A DNA stretch of 64,000 nucleotides from the human T2T-CHM13v2.0 reference genome, Homo sapiens: assembly GCF_009914755.1 (NCBI RefSeq), contig NC_060936.1, one strand, 5' to 3'. This document shows positions 42,905 to 55,380 of this stretch, in pieces. Positions within the stretch are counted from its first letter, which is position 1. Each line of letters starts with the position of its first letter. The translations under genes were made by a program, and so were the position numbers. The notes beneath the pieces are model-generated. The model had not been told where the DNA came from. It saw only the letters and a program-made list of their open reading frames with translations, and ran no database searches.

Positions 42905-43362
42905 AAGAAATAGCCAGTTTTAGTAAGAAAGCAGAACTTGTTCTTTCCCTGCAATCATTGTTGGTTATTCTCTGATGAAGAAATGTTAAAATTCAAAACA
43001 TGGGTCACAGAAATCATAGTAAAACAAATACAAACTGTGACTCACCCCACTCAAATGGACATTTGAGGAGTTTAGAATAATGCTGATGAGTTTCACGGGG
43101 CAAATTGGGAGCTCACATATTCTAAAAGGTCCAGTGTGTTAACTATTTGTTTCTGACATTGGCTTGAAAGTAATAATGCCTCATTTTCAGTATTTCTCTA
43201 TATTCTGTGTTTGCCACATGCATCGCCTTTTTCAAGAGGCTGTGTAGTGTAGTGAAGTGACTTTCCAGATCTGCCATTTACTGTCTGAGGGATCCTGGAT
43301 CAAGCATACAGATCTTCTAAGCCTAGTTTTCTCACCTGCACTGTAAGAAATAGAGCAGCACC

Positions 43363-43655
43363 GGCCGGGCGCGGTGGCTCACGCCCATAATCCCAGCACT
43401 TTGAGAGGCCGAGATGGGAGGATCACAAGGTTAAAAGATTGAGACCATCCTGGCTAACATGGTGAAACCCCATCTCTACTAAAAACACAAAAATTACCTG
43501 GGCGTAGTGGTTCATGCTTGTAGTCCCAGCTACTCGGGAGGCTGAGGCAGGAGAATCGCTTGAACTGGGGAGGCGGAGGTGCAGTGAGCTGAGATTGTGC
43601 CATTGCACTCCAGCCTGGGTGACAGAGTGAGACTCTGTCTCAAAAATAAATAAAT
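43363..43655 (+). mobile_element. AluSc/Y-like, inserted in a MIR
   Basis: GGCCGGGCGCGG...GAGACCATCCTGGCTAAC; diverged TSD AAGAAATAGAGCAGCACC / AAGAACTGGAACAGCACC. Confidence 0.93.
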
Positions 43656-44355
43656 AAAGAACTGGAACAGCACCTGTTCAAGAGGTGAAACACACAAAGC
43701 ACGATGCCTATCTAGAGTCCACAGTTATGAGGATCTGTTATTATTCTTCACGATAGTCCTATCACCAGCTTATTTTTTAACCATGCTCAGAAACAAGTTG
43801 CCAGCTCTTTAGCATGGCGGCAATACCCTCCATGCTAACACCTGCCCATTTATCCATGAGTAGGTGTGACTCTTCTATTTTCCTACTTACTCCTTTTAAT
43901 CCCAAAATTTGGGACAATTCAGGTTCTGCCTGAGGCCATGCTATTCCACGCCTTGTCTGGAAGCCACTCCTACTGCTGTCTTTGGAACACTGTTACTCAT
44001 CCTACAAGGCCTCAATCAAGAATCTTAGGAGGTCATTGGTGCCTACCTGCCCATGGCAGAGACCACCAACCCCTTCTGAGAGCTGCCACAGTGCTGCTTT
44101 CTAACATGTCTACACTAGCTCCTCACAGTGTGCGGTGATTGTTGGGTGAAAGCTCTGTTTCTCATAGTGAATGCATGCCATCTGCAAGGGGTATGCACAT
44201 GCCTTTCTTGTCTTTGGATCCTTAGCAAGCAGCAGCATCTGCCTGCCTCAGGTAGACACTCAGAGGCTTATTGAGTGGACTTACATTGAAATCTAGTAGT
44301 CTCCAACTTTCTGTTTGATTCTACTCCAAGGCTTTTTTCTCCTTTTTCTTAGCAG

Positions 44356-44948
44356 TGTTAGAAATGCTTGTTCCCTGATGTTGCAAAGAAATAGCACTTG
44401 AACATAAATTTAATTTTCTTAGCAAGGCCATTTTTTCACTTTTTGCAGAAAGAGTATACTCGCCAGCAATTTTGCCATAAGAGTACACTGAACAAAGGAG
44501 ACAGGGTCATTTATAACCTGACGCGTCCACCCTACTGCTATGTCCGTTTTTTATTGGCTGCAATAGGACCTCCGATTCTGTATTTGTCCCGATTGGCTAG
44601 CAACTTAGAACTTTTTAAAAGAGGCAAAGGCAGAGGAGAACAAAGGAAGGCGGAAGTAACTTGTGGAATGCTGAGAAAGGTAAAAACACCTCCAAATAAG
44701 GAAGAGGAACAGGCTATGACCTAATGCTTGCTTGGTCCAGTGTAAGCATGCCAGGGGAAATATTTAGGCTAAATTGTGGGAGTTAAGAACATAAAGTACA
44801 TTAATTTCTTTATTACAGCTAGCAGATATTTAAGAATGTTAGCACAGGTCTTTGAATAAATTTTGCTTCTAAGAGAAGCTACTATTTATTCCTAGTTAGA
44901 TGGGGAGGAAAGTCTCTTTGAAGAGGAACCTCTACTTTAGTTTTTACA
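44356..44948 (-). mobile_element. LTR10 (LTR10C-like, HERV-I group) solo LTR
   Basis: Minus strand begins TGTAAAAACTAAAGTAGAGGTTCCTCTTCAAAGAGACTTTCCTCCCC and ends GCATTTCTAACA; TSD GCAG on both sides. Confidence 0.85.
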
Positions 44949-45139
44949 GCAGCGTGCACCCCATCCTTCCTCTGACCCCATGGAGGAAGGTGGCCCAACC
45001 TGGACAATCTTAGCTGTCTGTTCCCCCAGGATAGATTCGGGATAGGCATGGAAACCAGGCCAGGCCTTTCTGAGACTCTCTCTAGATTTTTAAAGTTTGA
45101 AGCTGGAGTAAAATCAGCCTTGCCACCAGAGACAAAGGC

Positions 45140-45207
45140 TGGAGAGAGAGACGGGTGCTGTTTAACCTTGTGGAGAGAGAGACGGGTGCTGTTTAACCTT
45201 GTGGAGA
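45140..45207. repeat. Perfect 31-bp tandem duplication
   Basis: TGGAGAGAGAGACGGGTGCTGTTTAACCTTG x2 followed by TGGAGA. Confidence 0.97.
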
Positions 45208-47930
45208 AGACTTTGCTGTGGGAACAAAGGAGTCCAAACCAACACCAGACAAGCTGAGATCACCAGGAAGGGAGAGAAAGGCACTGGCTTCGTTCCAGTC
45301 CTTGGGACTCAGGTCCCTGCCTTCCCCACCTCCACCCCCAACACCCAGCCTCCCAGAAACAGCCCCAGACAACTTCTGCTCTGAGCTGGTTCCTGCCGCA
45401 ATTCTGTCACTTAAGACGAAAAAAAATCCTAAATGATAGGATAAAACTCAGCCAACAACTTTCAGTGTTTACAATCTTCAGGGCATTGTTCTTTATTACT
45501 ATTCTTTTTATACTTCCTCAGGATCATGTATTTAGTAAATCTCCCCTCCCCTGAGCCCCACTGCTCATAAAAGCTGAACCTAGGATGTGGATCCAGCAGC
45601 GTTCTTTTCAATGCAGGGTAGTTTTCTATTCACCAAGTTGAGCCCCTTTTCACAGTCTGAAGCCTGAAAGTAAAATGTAAAAAGTATTCGAAACTGACTT
45701 GCAGGAAGCTGAGGGAGACATTAATATATATCAGACTTCTTAATATCTTCAAAATGTTTTAAGGGGAATTTTCTTTGTATTAAGCCAGAGGGATTATGTT
45801 TTTATTGTAAAGAAGAATTAGATTAATGAAAGCATTTATACAAACGCTTTGAACTTTAAACAACATGTGTTAAGTAAGCTGAAGTCATATCATAATTATA
45901 TTTCTTAAAGTGATTCACACAATATTTTGTAAGTATTTGTTAATAGGAGGAATGGAAACACAAGAAAATCACTAGTAATAGGTACACTGAATATACAATT
46001 TATGGGATAATATTAAAATGCAATTATTCAGTCTCCCTGAGCCCTTAAATTTTCTCCAATAAGTTAATCCTTCCTGTAAATGGATGAAAATTTCAGCTAG
46101 CCCAGGACTTTCCACCACCTCTCTTAGGGTCAATAATAATCCTGTGTTCCCCTAAAAGCTGCAAACAGTCTAAATTAGAATAATCAATTCAAAATATTAC
46201 AGAAAACTTCAAATACAATTCTACATTAAATTATTTCCTTTCCCAGCTCAGGCTGGAAGACTTTGATGGGAAACGATGGGAAAATTTTCTCTTCTCTCTC
46301 CCCTCTCTTCTTTCCAGGGTTTCTAATCTTTCCAGGGTTGGTGAGGGGAAGGGAGAGGAAAGGGAAGAAAGGACACAAAAGAGACAGGAGAGATTGTAAC
46401 ATACTGTCTTCAGCTGGCTTGAGGTCTCTGGTCTGGTGGAAGTTTCAGTCTGATTCATTCTGTGTAGACCTTCATGGGCTCCTGTGAGGTACCCTGTCGG
46501 GCACACAGACAGCGATCCCCCTGAGCAATGCATAGTGTGCTTCTGCCGACCCCTCCTGAACCTTCACAACTGCTTTTATTTGTTCATCCACCCCACTCAG
46601 ACTCTGTCCAGGCCCCATTGCCAGGCTGGTTCTCTGCATGGCTAGAGTGACCACAGGGTTCTGATTGCCTGGCTTATCTCCCAGCCTTGTCTATTTTTTA
46701 TGCATAATTATCAATAGCAAACATGCTCATATTCAAACACATCTCCCTTTGGACAATAAATGCCAAATGTCACAGTCAGCCCAGGACTTACCCATTTCTG
46801 GTGCACAGGACATGAAGCCTCCTTCCTCCAGTACCTTCTGAGAGCCCAGGTCCCTTCTAGGATTAGAAGCACTTCCCAGCTCTGATGTCCTACAGAAAAC
46901 CAGACCTTTCTGAGCCTCACACATCCTAAGCAGGACTCAGATCCCAGACCACAGTGCCCATGAGTTTCAAGATTGCCTTTAAACACAAAGATGTCTCTTC
47001 ACCAAGCTCTGTCCAAAGAAATTTTTTCTTGCTCACTTCTCTTGACACTTCTCTGTTGTGGAAAAGGGTGAGATCCTTTAAGCATTAAAGAACCACTTTT
47101 CAAAGTTTCTGTTTGAAAATCTGCCTTTTGATTTTGTACCTGATTTTGGAATTCTTGATGCTTTTAAAAAAAACTTAAATGTTAATACCTTGCCTCACAT
47201 GGTTTTGTAGCACTAAAGGATAATTAAAGCACCAGCATTAAAACTCAATCTTTAGCAAGATGTTGTCTACGATCTCGTTAATCTTCACAGGAAGATAATT
47301 TAGGATTGTCTGCCGGGGTTAGCAGTGGAACCTAATGGAGTCAACCCTGCAGGCAAGAAGGGACACTTGTGGCTTCTCCAATATGCCCGATTTATGATGA
47401 GGACTGGACAGCTTCTTACCTATCTGTGTGTTGTTTTCTCTTTCATTCAATTTTTGGTCTAACTCAGTGACTTTCAACACTTTGAGAGGCATAGTTATTA
47501 CTTAAAAGGATTATGTACACAAATACATGCATACGCTGTAATTTACAGTTGATTTAAAGGAATTTCCAGAGGAATTTTGACCTCAAATAATTTTCCTCTT
47601 ATATGCTAAATGTGGAAATGAGATATGTATTTAACATATAATTACATTTTGCCAGATGTATGACATCTGTGAAAATATTCTAAAACAAATGAAATGCCAT
47701 CCCTTCATTTGTACTAAAATGTATTTTAGTCTGAGGAGAGTGAAGATTTTACAAAGGACTGATGATTCAAAGCACTATGATTATTACAATTATAATTTTA
47801 AAAGCAAATATCTATCAAGCTATGATAATACATCAATTTTCTAACCTATTTGTCTATATGAGCTCACTTTTTAATAACTTGTTTTTGCTTTATTCTACAG
47901 TTTGCAGACAACTCCAAACTCCACACTTGG

Positions 47931-49295
47931 GTTTTCTCTTCTGCCTTTGTTATTCTTTAAATATCTACATTAACAGAGACCATTTCTCCCCAAAGAGATG
48001 ATGTTTCCCAATAGCGCATGCAGGTGGACCCTAACCTGGCACACACAGGCCCTCTTGGCCCTCCAGCACTGGTGCCTGGGCTCTACCATTTGATTGCACC
48101 CGTGTCTGTCTGTGCTAGGGCTCTGTCCTGGTCCTGTCACCCCTGAGGTATCCTTGGAGCATAGGGATGCCAAAGAGCCCCATGTGATCTTGTCAACTCT
48201 GGGTAAACTCAAGAGGCTCCTTGGGTTTCTGAGCTGAGGGCCAAGGCAGCCCATGTCTGGGCTTCATTACAAAGAAAAGTGGCAATCAATGGGCAATGTC
48301 CATTAGGAGTTTTTGGAAAGGGGATCTGGGGCGACAAACCTAGAAAGGGATGAGGCAAATAGTACATCGCTGCCTTAGATGGCTGCTTTGCTATCGGGCT
48401 GCACTGTCTCACCCGCCAGGTGGCCGAGGAGGCCGTCGGAGGACCACAAAGCTGCAAGTGGCTTTCCTGCGGCCTGCAGGGAACAGGTGGAGGACACTTG
48501 GAAGGGCACCCACCCCGGGTCTCACAGGAGTCTGCACCCGCAGGTCACACTGGCATTAGCCCCTCATCCTCTGGAGTTCATCTCATCCAGGCGAAGACAG
48601 CTGGCTGGCCTCAGAGGGTGAGACGCAACTCGAGGGTAAAAACATTTTTACAGGGCATGGACACAAAAGTGGCCTTTACCTCTGGATAAGCTTTTAAAAC
48701 TTCCCATTTACATGTAAAGGTGTACTTTCTATGTGCCACCAAGAAACCTAAAGTGAGTAAAAGGTGTTTCACTTTAATCAAGTTCCCCAATGAGGGGGCA
48801 CAGCTCTGAAAAGCACTGTCACAACAGGAGATTCGAGGGTGCATGCAAAGCAATGTTTCTAGAAAATGCCAAAGGAAACAGACACAACTCCAGTGTGGAC
48901 TCCCGCTTCCCTGCACTGCTGCTCCATCCTCAGGGCGGAGGCCACATCGTCCAGCTAGCTGCGAGAACCTCATCATGCTCCTTGATTGTGTGCAGCAGGT
49001 GTCTGCTGAAGTCCTCCACACTCTGCCTGTAAGTTTTGGATGCTTTCTTCAGGATCCTCTCTATTTGTTCTCCTGGAGATTCTTGAAGGCCACCTGGGCT
49101 GGGATCCACTTGTCCTGGCCACACTGCTTCTGCTCCTTAATCTTTTTGCTCATTCCATCACTTCCTTGAGTTTCACCTTGTCTTGGTCTTTCTTTTTCTT
49201 ATTCTGCTTGGTTATGCTGAGCTCTGCAATGCTTTTAAGCTTCAGGGGTCCTTTTTGGACCTGCTCATGGGCGACCATGACATCCGCCTGCAGTT
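47931..49295 (-). pseudogene. FAM32A: Processed pseudogene of FAM32A (OTAG-12), CDS-equivalent 49278-48942 plus ~1 kb 3' UTR
   Basis: Minus-strand frames give MVAHEQVQKGPLKLKSIAELSITKQNKKKKDQDKVKLKEVM / MSKKIKEQKQCGQDKWIPAQVAFKNLQE / QIERILKKASKTYRQSVEDFSRHLLHTIKEHDEVLAASWTM. This is collinear with recalled FAM32A (MEAYEQVQKGPLKLKGVAELGVTKRKKKKKDKDKAK...QMERILKKASKTHKQRVEDFNRHLDTLTEHYDIPKVSWTK). It is intronless, has two frameshifts and lost its stop; a GC-rich UTR-like tract ends GGCAGAAGAGAAAA. The symbol given is the parent gene; the named pseudogene copy is not assigned. Confidence 0.92.
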
Positions 49296-49304
49296 CTGTG
49301 GTTA

Positions 49305-49465
49305 GACTATGTATTAGCTCATGTAATCCTCCTAAGAACATTATGGGGTAAGTACTATTATGCTCTCTATTTGTACAGGTGAGAAAACTGTACTACAGAA
49401 AGGTGAGCACCTTGCCCAAAGTTACGCAGAAAGTGAAAAAACAAGAATTCTAACCCAGACAAGTA
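49305..49465 (-). mobile_element. MIR abutting the pseudogene 5' end
   Basis: CTCATGTAATCCTC...GTACTATTAT...ACAGGTGAGAAAACTG...CTTGCCCAAAGTTAC. Confidence 0.75.
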
Positions 49466-49719
49466 AGTTGTATAAGCAAATGAGGCTAATAGAGATGCCA
49501 ACCAGGTGTTCAAAGGGTTATAGTTACTTCTGGAAGTGAGGTGAGGCTCTGTAATAGCTAAGACGTGAACCTGGTTCTCCAGGGTAGAGACAAGAGGCAA
49601 CAAGAGAAGGGACTCTGCAAAGAAACCAGCAATAGGTTGGGAACACAGGGATGGAGAGCAGCCACGAGTTTACCTAGGTTGAATTTGGAAAGTCTGTGCA
49701 GAGAAAGATGCAGGTCCCA

Positions 49720-50197
<478 letters not shown>

Positions 50198-50219
50198 TCA
50201 TGCAGCTCCCTTATTCCCC

Positions 50220-50790
50220 AGGCATTCACTGAGCACTTAGTGTGTCATATGCAGGCTTTTAGGTTTAGGGTCCTGGGCAATGATACAGACAAGACAAACA
50301 GAGTCTCCTCCTTCACGGAACTTACATGAGTGGGACGGACAACAAACAAATGGTCCAGATGATTTCAGATAGTGATGAGTGTTCGGAGAACACTAAGCAG
50401 AATGATCTGAGTTTGCAACGGGCATTGCAATGCCTGCTGGGCTCCTTACCCCTCAGGACCTTTCCACTGGCTGCTCTCAAAGGCTGAATAACCTTTGCCC
50501 TGTTGCTGCAGGGCCAGATTCTCTTCTTGCAGGATTCCTTTGACTAAACTGTCACCTTGTCAAAGAGGTCTGATGCCGACTAAAAGTTCTCTGTTACTGG
50601 GCGTGCAGAGAGAAGCCTATTGTGGCTGTAAGGATGGGTGAAGGAGAAGGGCACAAAGTGGACAGCAGAAGCAGGAGCAGTCACACAGGCCTGGCCCATC
50701 ATGGTGGAGAGTTTGGATTTCATTCTAAGCCAAATGGGAAGTCATTTTTCTTCTAAGCACAAGAACAACATGACTGAATTTATGCTTTAA
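50220..50790 (-). mobile_element. L2 fragments
   Basis: CATTCACTGAGCACTTA...ACAAGACAAACA...; GGAGAGTTTGGATTTCATTCTAAG...ATGGGAAGTCA. Confidence 0.55.
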
Positions 50791-50830
50791 ATGAGCCACT
50801 TTGACTGCCCAGTTTCTCAACCACATAGTC

Positions 50831-50864
50831 GATAGATATATAGATGTATAGATGGGTAGGTTGG

Positions 50865-50898
<34 letters not shown>

Positions 50899-51099
50899 GG
50901 CAGACAGATAGATGTATATGTAGGTAGATAGGTAGATAGAGAGATGAATAGGTAGGAAGGTAGATAGATAGATACATAGATACATAGAGAGGTGTATAGG
51001 TATAGGTAGGGAGGTAGAAAGAGAGAGAGATGTATAGGTAGGTAAGTAGATAGATGTATAGACAGATAGATATATAGATAGATATAGAGATAGATAGAT

Positions 51100-51134
<35 letters not shown>

Positions 51135-51225
51135 GTCTATAGGTAGGCAGTTAGGTAGATGGATGCACAGAAGGATGGACAGATGGATGGAGGGATGAAG
51201 GGATAGATATAGATAGATTTGTGAA
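50831..51225. repeat. Complex (GATA)/(GACA)/(GGAT) tetranucleotide STR region
   Basis: Directly visible; perfect (GACA)n near 50867-50899 and (GATA)n near 51099-51134. Confidence 0.95.
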
Positions 51226-51859
51226 TACAGATACCTATCTGTCTCTCTCTAGCTAGAGATAAAATAGACAAGTGGCTTCATGCATCAGTAGCATTGAAAG
51301 ACACCTCGAATGTGGCCTTACTTCAAGGTGATGGAATTTCTTTTTAAGCTCAGCTTCTACTTCCCTTCTGAGGAAGTTCATGACAGGGAGCTGCTGCAAC
51401 TGATGTGACTTTCAACTCTAATATCCCGATGATGTAAATGCACTGATTAGCTCAGCAGGATTTAAGGTGAGATCTCTACTCAGGAAGAATTATGAGAAAC
51501 ATTTTAAATTCTTTAGCCATCAATTTCACTGCCAGTTAAACTACATCCTCAGACGTGAAAAAAATGGCCAGCAGGTAATTTTTGAAGTGGTGAAACTGCA
51601 CTATTTCTATATTTACAACCAAACCACATTTGAAAGGATGTGTTTTTGGCTCCAAAATCCTTTTTTGGCTCTGTCCACCACTGGGGCCGTAACAGGATTT
51701 ATGAAGTGGAGAACCACAAAACTTACATAGATGGAGAAATATAGATTTAGATACAGATGTAGAATATATAAAGTAGATATAGCTGTAGAATACACAAACA
51801 CAAATATAAATGAAGGTATAAATACAGAAAAGGTATGCATGTAGATGTAGAAGACAGAC

Positions 51860-51907
51860 ACAGGATAGATAGGCAGGTAAATTGATAGATGATAGATGAT
51901 AGATAGG

Positions 51908-51944
<37 letters not shown>

Positions 51945-51955
51945 GATAGATATAG
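51860..51955. repeat. (GATA)n STR
   Basis: Directly visible. Confidence 0.93.
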
Positions 51956-53849
51956 AAATGTGAATGTATAGAAGAGACATAAATGTAGATATAGAATGGA
52001 TGTCATTTTTGTGCTTATGAGCCCCGCCATTCACCTGCCCCTTTATCTGCCCCCAAAAGAGCAATATTAGGGAGTATATAAATATTGTAAATAAAGCAGA
52101 TAAAAGTAGAAAGATGTTAAAATCTCAGAGACAATCACCAACTGCTAAAAGATTCTCAATGGAAAAACAAATCTTAAAACAAAAAGCTGTGTTTTGCATG
52201 AAATTAGCTGGTTAAATTAGCCTGAAAGATTTACAAACCTCACCCACCTGTCTTAGAAAGAATATTCCATAGAGATATTTGGTTACTACCTGGTTCCAAC
52301 TCATTTTCCTGGGTCAGAAACTGATTTCTACTTTTAAGAATTGACTTCTCTATAGGAAGGTCCATGTCACATTAATTCATGCTGCAACTTGTAGAGATGT
52401 CTTCTCCTTGGCACGTGAGCCATTTAGACTCTTTTTCAGAGAGAAGCCTGCAAACGAAAAAAGATATGCATAAGTGTTCCTGGCATTTCACATGAATTCT
52501 CTTGCAAACATTTTGCTGTATGTGTTCTGGGTGTGTTGTTATCTACTTGGATAGTTTAAAAAGTATTAGTAGAAAACATATGTATTTCTAACAGATACCC
52601 AAATGTCAAGGCTTGATGAGAATGTGTGCAGAATTGTGTATTTTTGAGGCGCTATCATACTTCCTCAGTATAGATCTGTGGCTTCCTGGAAAAAAAAATT
52701 CATGGATAGCCAGTTCTCTAAATTGTCCTTATAGGGATGTCCACTGGATGAGTGCAGAATGTTCTAAAGAGTAGAAATTAGAAGACAAAACTTGATAGAG
52801 AACCTTAGATTAAGAGAATACTCAGAAAACGCAAAACAGAAGAACGCTATTAGAAGTGATATGAGGCAGGCTTTAAAGGGAAATTTTTCTGGAACAAAAA
52901 TCCATGCTCTGGAAGTCAGAGGGTGTAACTGAAGATGAAATAGTCATTTGGAGAAAATCAGAATTAGAGACTGGTATTATTTGTTTTAGACAATATTTAT
53001 CTATTTATTTTTTCTATTAATTTGATTGAATTAAGGAGAACAATATTGATTTTTTTACATGCGTTTTGTCCATTTAGACCTTGAGGCTTAAAGAGACGAG
53101 GCTTGCTTAAAGTCACACAGATAGTAAGAGGCAGATAAGAAATCTCGCCTTGAGTTATTTGATTTCCATGCCTAGGTCTCATCCGCTGAGCAGTGCCTCC
53201 TCCCGATTCAGCACGTCCCTGGTGCCGACTTTCTGCACGTGTTCACTTTGAGGCTGCATTGTGGGCCTGCAAGAAATGCAAAGGTATAGTGTCAGCTCTT
53301 CAGCATCTTATAGTCAGGTTTGGGGTCAAAAGCCTAGAAAGTTACAGGCCCTGAAAACAGATATCAGACAATGCCAAAGTGAGATTCCAAAGCAGAGTTT
53401 TTATGAGCGCACCATAGAATGTCTTAATATTCAGGGCTTTAGGAAATGAATCATATGCAGAAACATCTTAGTCTAAAATAAACTCCTTTTCCAGACCCAG
53501 GAATAAAGACTTTGCTATTTCTGTCAATAGAAATTAATTTATATCTGTCTGAGAATTCAGAAGCTGTTGAAGCATTGAATTTGCAGTAATAGGGAGCTCT
53601 TATAAATCACCAACTGTCATTAATCAACACGAATTCTTTGCTATTTATATTTTTATTTCAAAGGGCAAATGCATTTTAAAGTTGTATAATGCATTTTATT
53701 CTATGTCTAGAATATGATTTTTAAGCTTCCCTTAAGATATCTTTACTTTTCAAATTAACTATCAAACTGATAGCTCATCAGATCTAATTAATTATTTTAT
53801 GTGTCTGGTATCTAGTAGGTGTTTCATACATGTCTGTTGAAGAAGTTTA

Positions 53850-54300
53850 TTCAACAAATTTTTCTTGTTCACCCTCTATGTACTAGGCACTCTTATACAT
53901 GTCGGAGATACAGCAAAAAATAAACAACAAAGTTCCTGAGAGTTGATAATATGATGGAAGGGGCTATAAACGATTAATGGATTGTCAGGTTGTGATGAGT
54001 GTGCCGATGTATATAAAACAAGGCAAGGACAATAGAGAGTGAGGGGAAGTGCTTGCACTTGATTTAGTTTACACACATAAGGCTCCTGTCCCACAGGTGA
54101 TGTTTGAACACCTGAAGAACATGAGTGAGAAAGGCGTGGGTCATCTGGGGAAAATAACTTTCTGCAGAGCGAATAGCAAGTGAAAAGGTCCTAAGGAAGG
54201 AGGATGCTTGGTGTGCTTGAGGAGCAGAAAAGAGGCCAGCAAAGGAAGAAAGAGGGAAGGAAGAATGAAGGAGATGTTGACTGCAATCTTGTACATTTGT
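53850..54300 (-). mobile_element. L2 3' fragment
   Basis: TTTATTCAACAAAT...CTATGTACTAGGCACT...CAAGTGAAAAGGTCCTAAGG...GGAGCAGAAAAGAGGCCAG. Confidence 0.7.
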
Positions 54301-54747
54301 ATTGAATGCTATGATTGGCTTGCTCCTGAGGCCTCTCTTCAGGAGTGAGGAGGGGGAGTGATGGCACATCTGAAAACTCTTTCCTACGTACCTTGGGATG
54401 TCTTTACCCCTTCTGGCTTTTGAATTATATCACTTAGGATACATTGCCTGCAAGACATGGCACACCTAACAGACAGGTTAATGATAGTTATGGTTACTGG
54501 GTACTTAACAGTAAATGCAAAGGCAGGTCAATGCAAGTTGTGTCCACAGATCTCTGGTGTCTTCAGGAAACCGGACTTTCCTTTCCAATAGGGGTATTTT
54601 GGGATTCTGGCTTTCTATTCACTCTTGTCTCTTCATGGTCAAACGTGGCTGCTGAAATTCCAGATATCATTCCCACACCTGACAACTTCCAATCTATAGT
54701 GAGAGCAGAGCAAAAATATTTTCCTTATGCAGCTCTCTCCCTCTCTA

Positions 54748-55068
54748 TTTTTTTTTTTTTTTTTTCTGGACAGGATCTCGCTCTCCTACCCAGGATGGAG
54801 TGTGTAATGATGCAATCATAGCTCATGGCTATGATTGCATCATTACACAAACTCCAGGGCTCAAGGAGACTTCCTGCCTTAATTTCCCAAATAGCTGGGA
54901 CTACAGGCATGCACCACCATGCCCACTTAACTATTTTGGTATTTTTTCTGTCGAGTCAGGGGTCTCGCTATGTTGCCCAGAATGGTATTGAACTCCTGAT
55001 CTCAAGCGATCCTTCCGCTCAGCCTCCTGAAGCGCTGAGATTACAGACAGGAGCCCCCGTGACCAGCC
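54748..55068 (-). mobile_element. AluJ carrying an internal inverted duplication
   Basis: Poly(T), TCTCGCTCT...CCCAGGATGGAG...GGGCTCAAG...TCTCGCTATGTTGCCCAG; diverged from consensus. Confidence 0.9.
54801..54849. repeat. Perfect 22-bp inverted repeat with 5-nt loop
   Basis: TGTGTAATGATGCAATCATAGC-TCATG-GCTATGATTGCATCATTACACA. Confidence 0.98.
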
Positions 55069-55199
55069 ATCTCTCTCTTTTTAAAGAGAGACAACTATTT
55101 CCCAGAAGTAGCTAGCACACCTTATTTTATTACTTTTTGGCAAGACAGCCAAGAGAAAAATGGCAAATAAAATGGTATTCCACTGATCAGTTTATTGCA

Positions 55200-55380
55200 G
55201 TTATAATTATTGCGTTAACCCATAATTCAGGCCCTTACATTGTGTCTAGTGCTTTTCTAAGCACTTTATATATAATGTTATTTGTTTCACACTACATCAC
55301 CATCAGGTCGGAACTGTTATTATCCCAATTTTGCAGGTGACAAAACTGAAACACAAAGAGTTTAACTATCTTACTCATAA
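55200..55380 (-). mobile_element. MIR
   Basis: CTAAGCACTTTATA...TATTATCCCAATTTTGCAGGTGACAAAACTGA. Confidence 0.7.

Noticed and set aside
48942-49278. Functional FAM32A gene
   Set aside because: Intronless, two frameshifts, lost stop codon and heavy divergence mark it as a pseudogene
50725-52064. YLSI-repeat ORFs
   Set aside because: Translations of (GATA)n repeats
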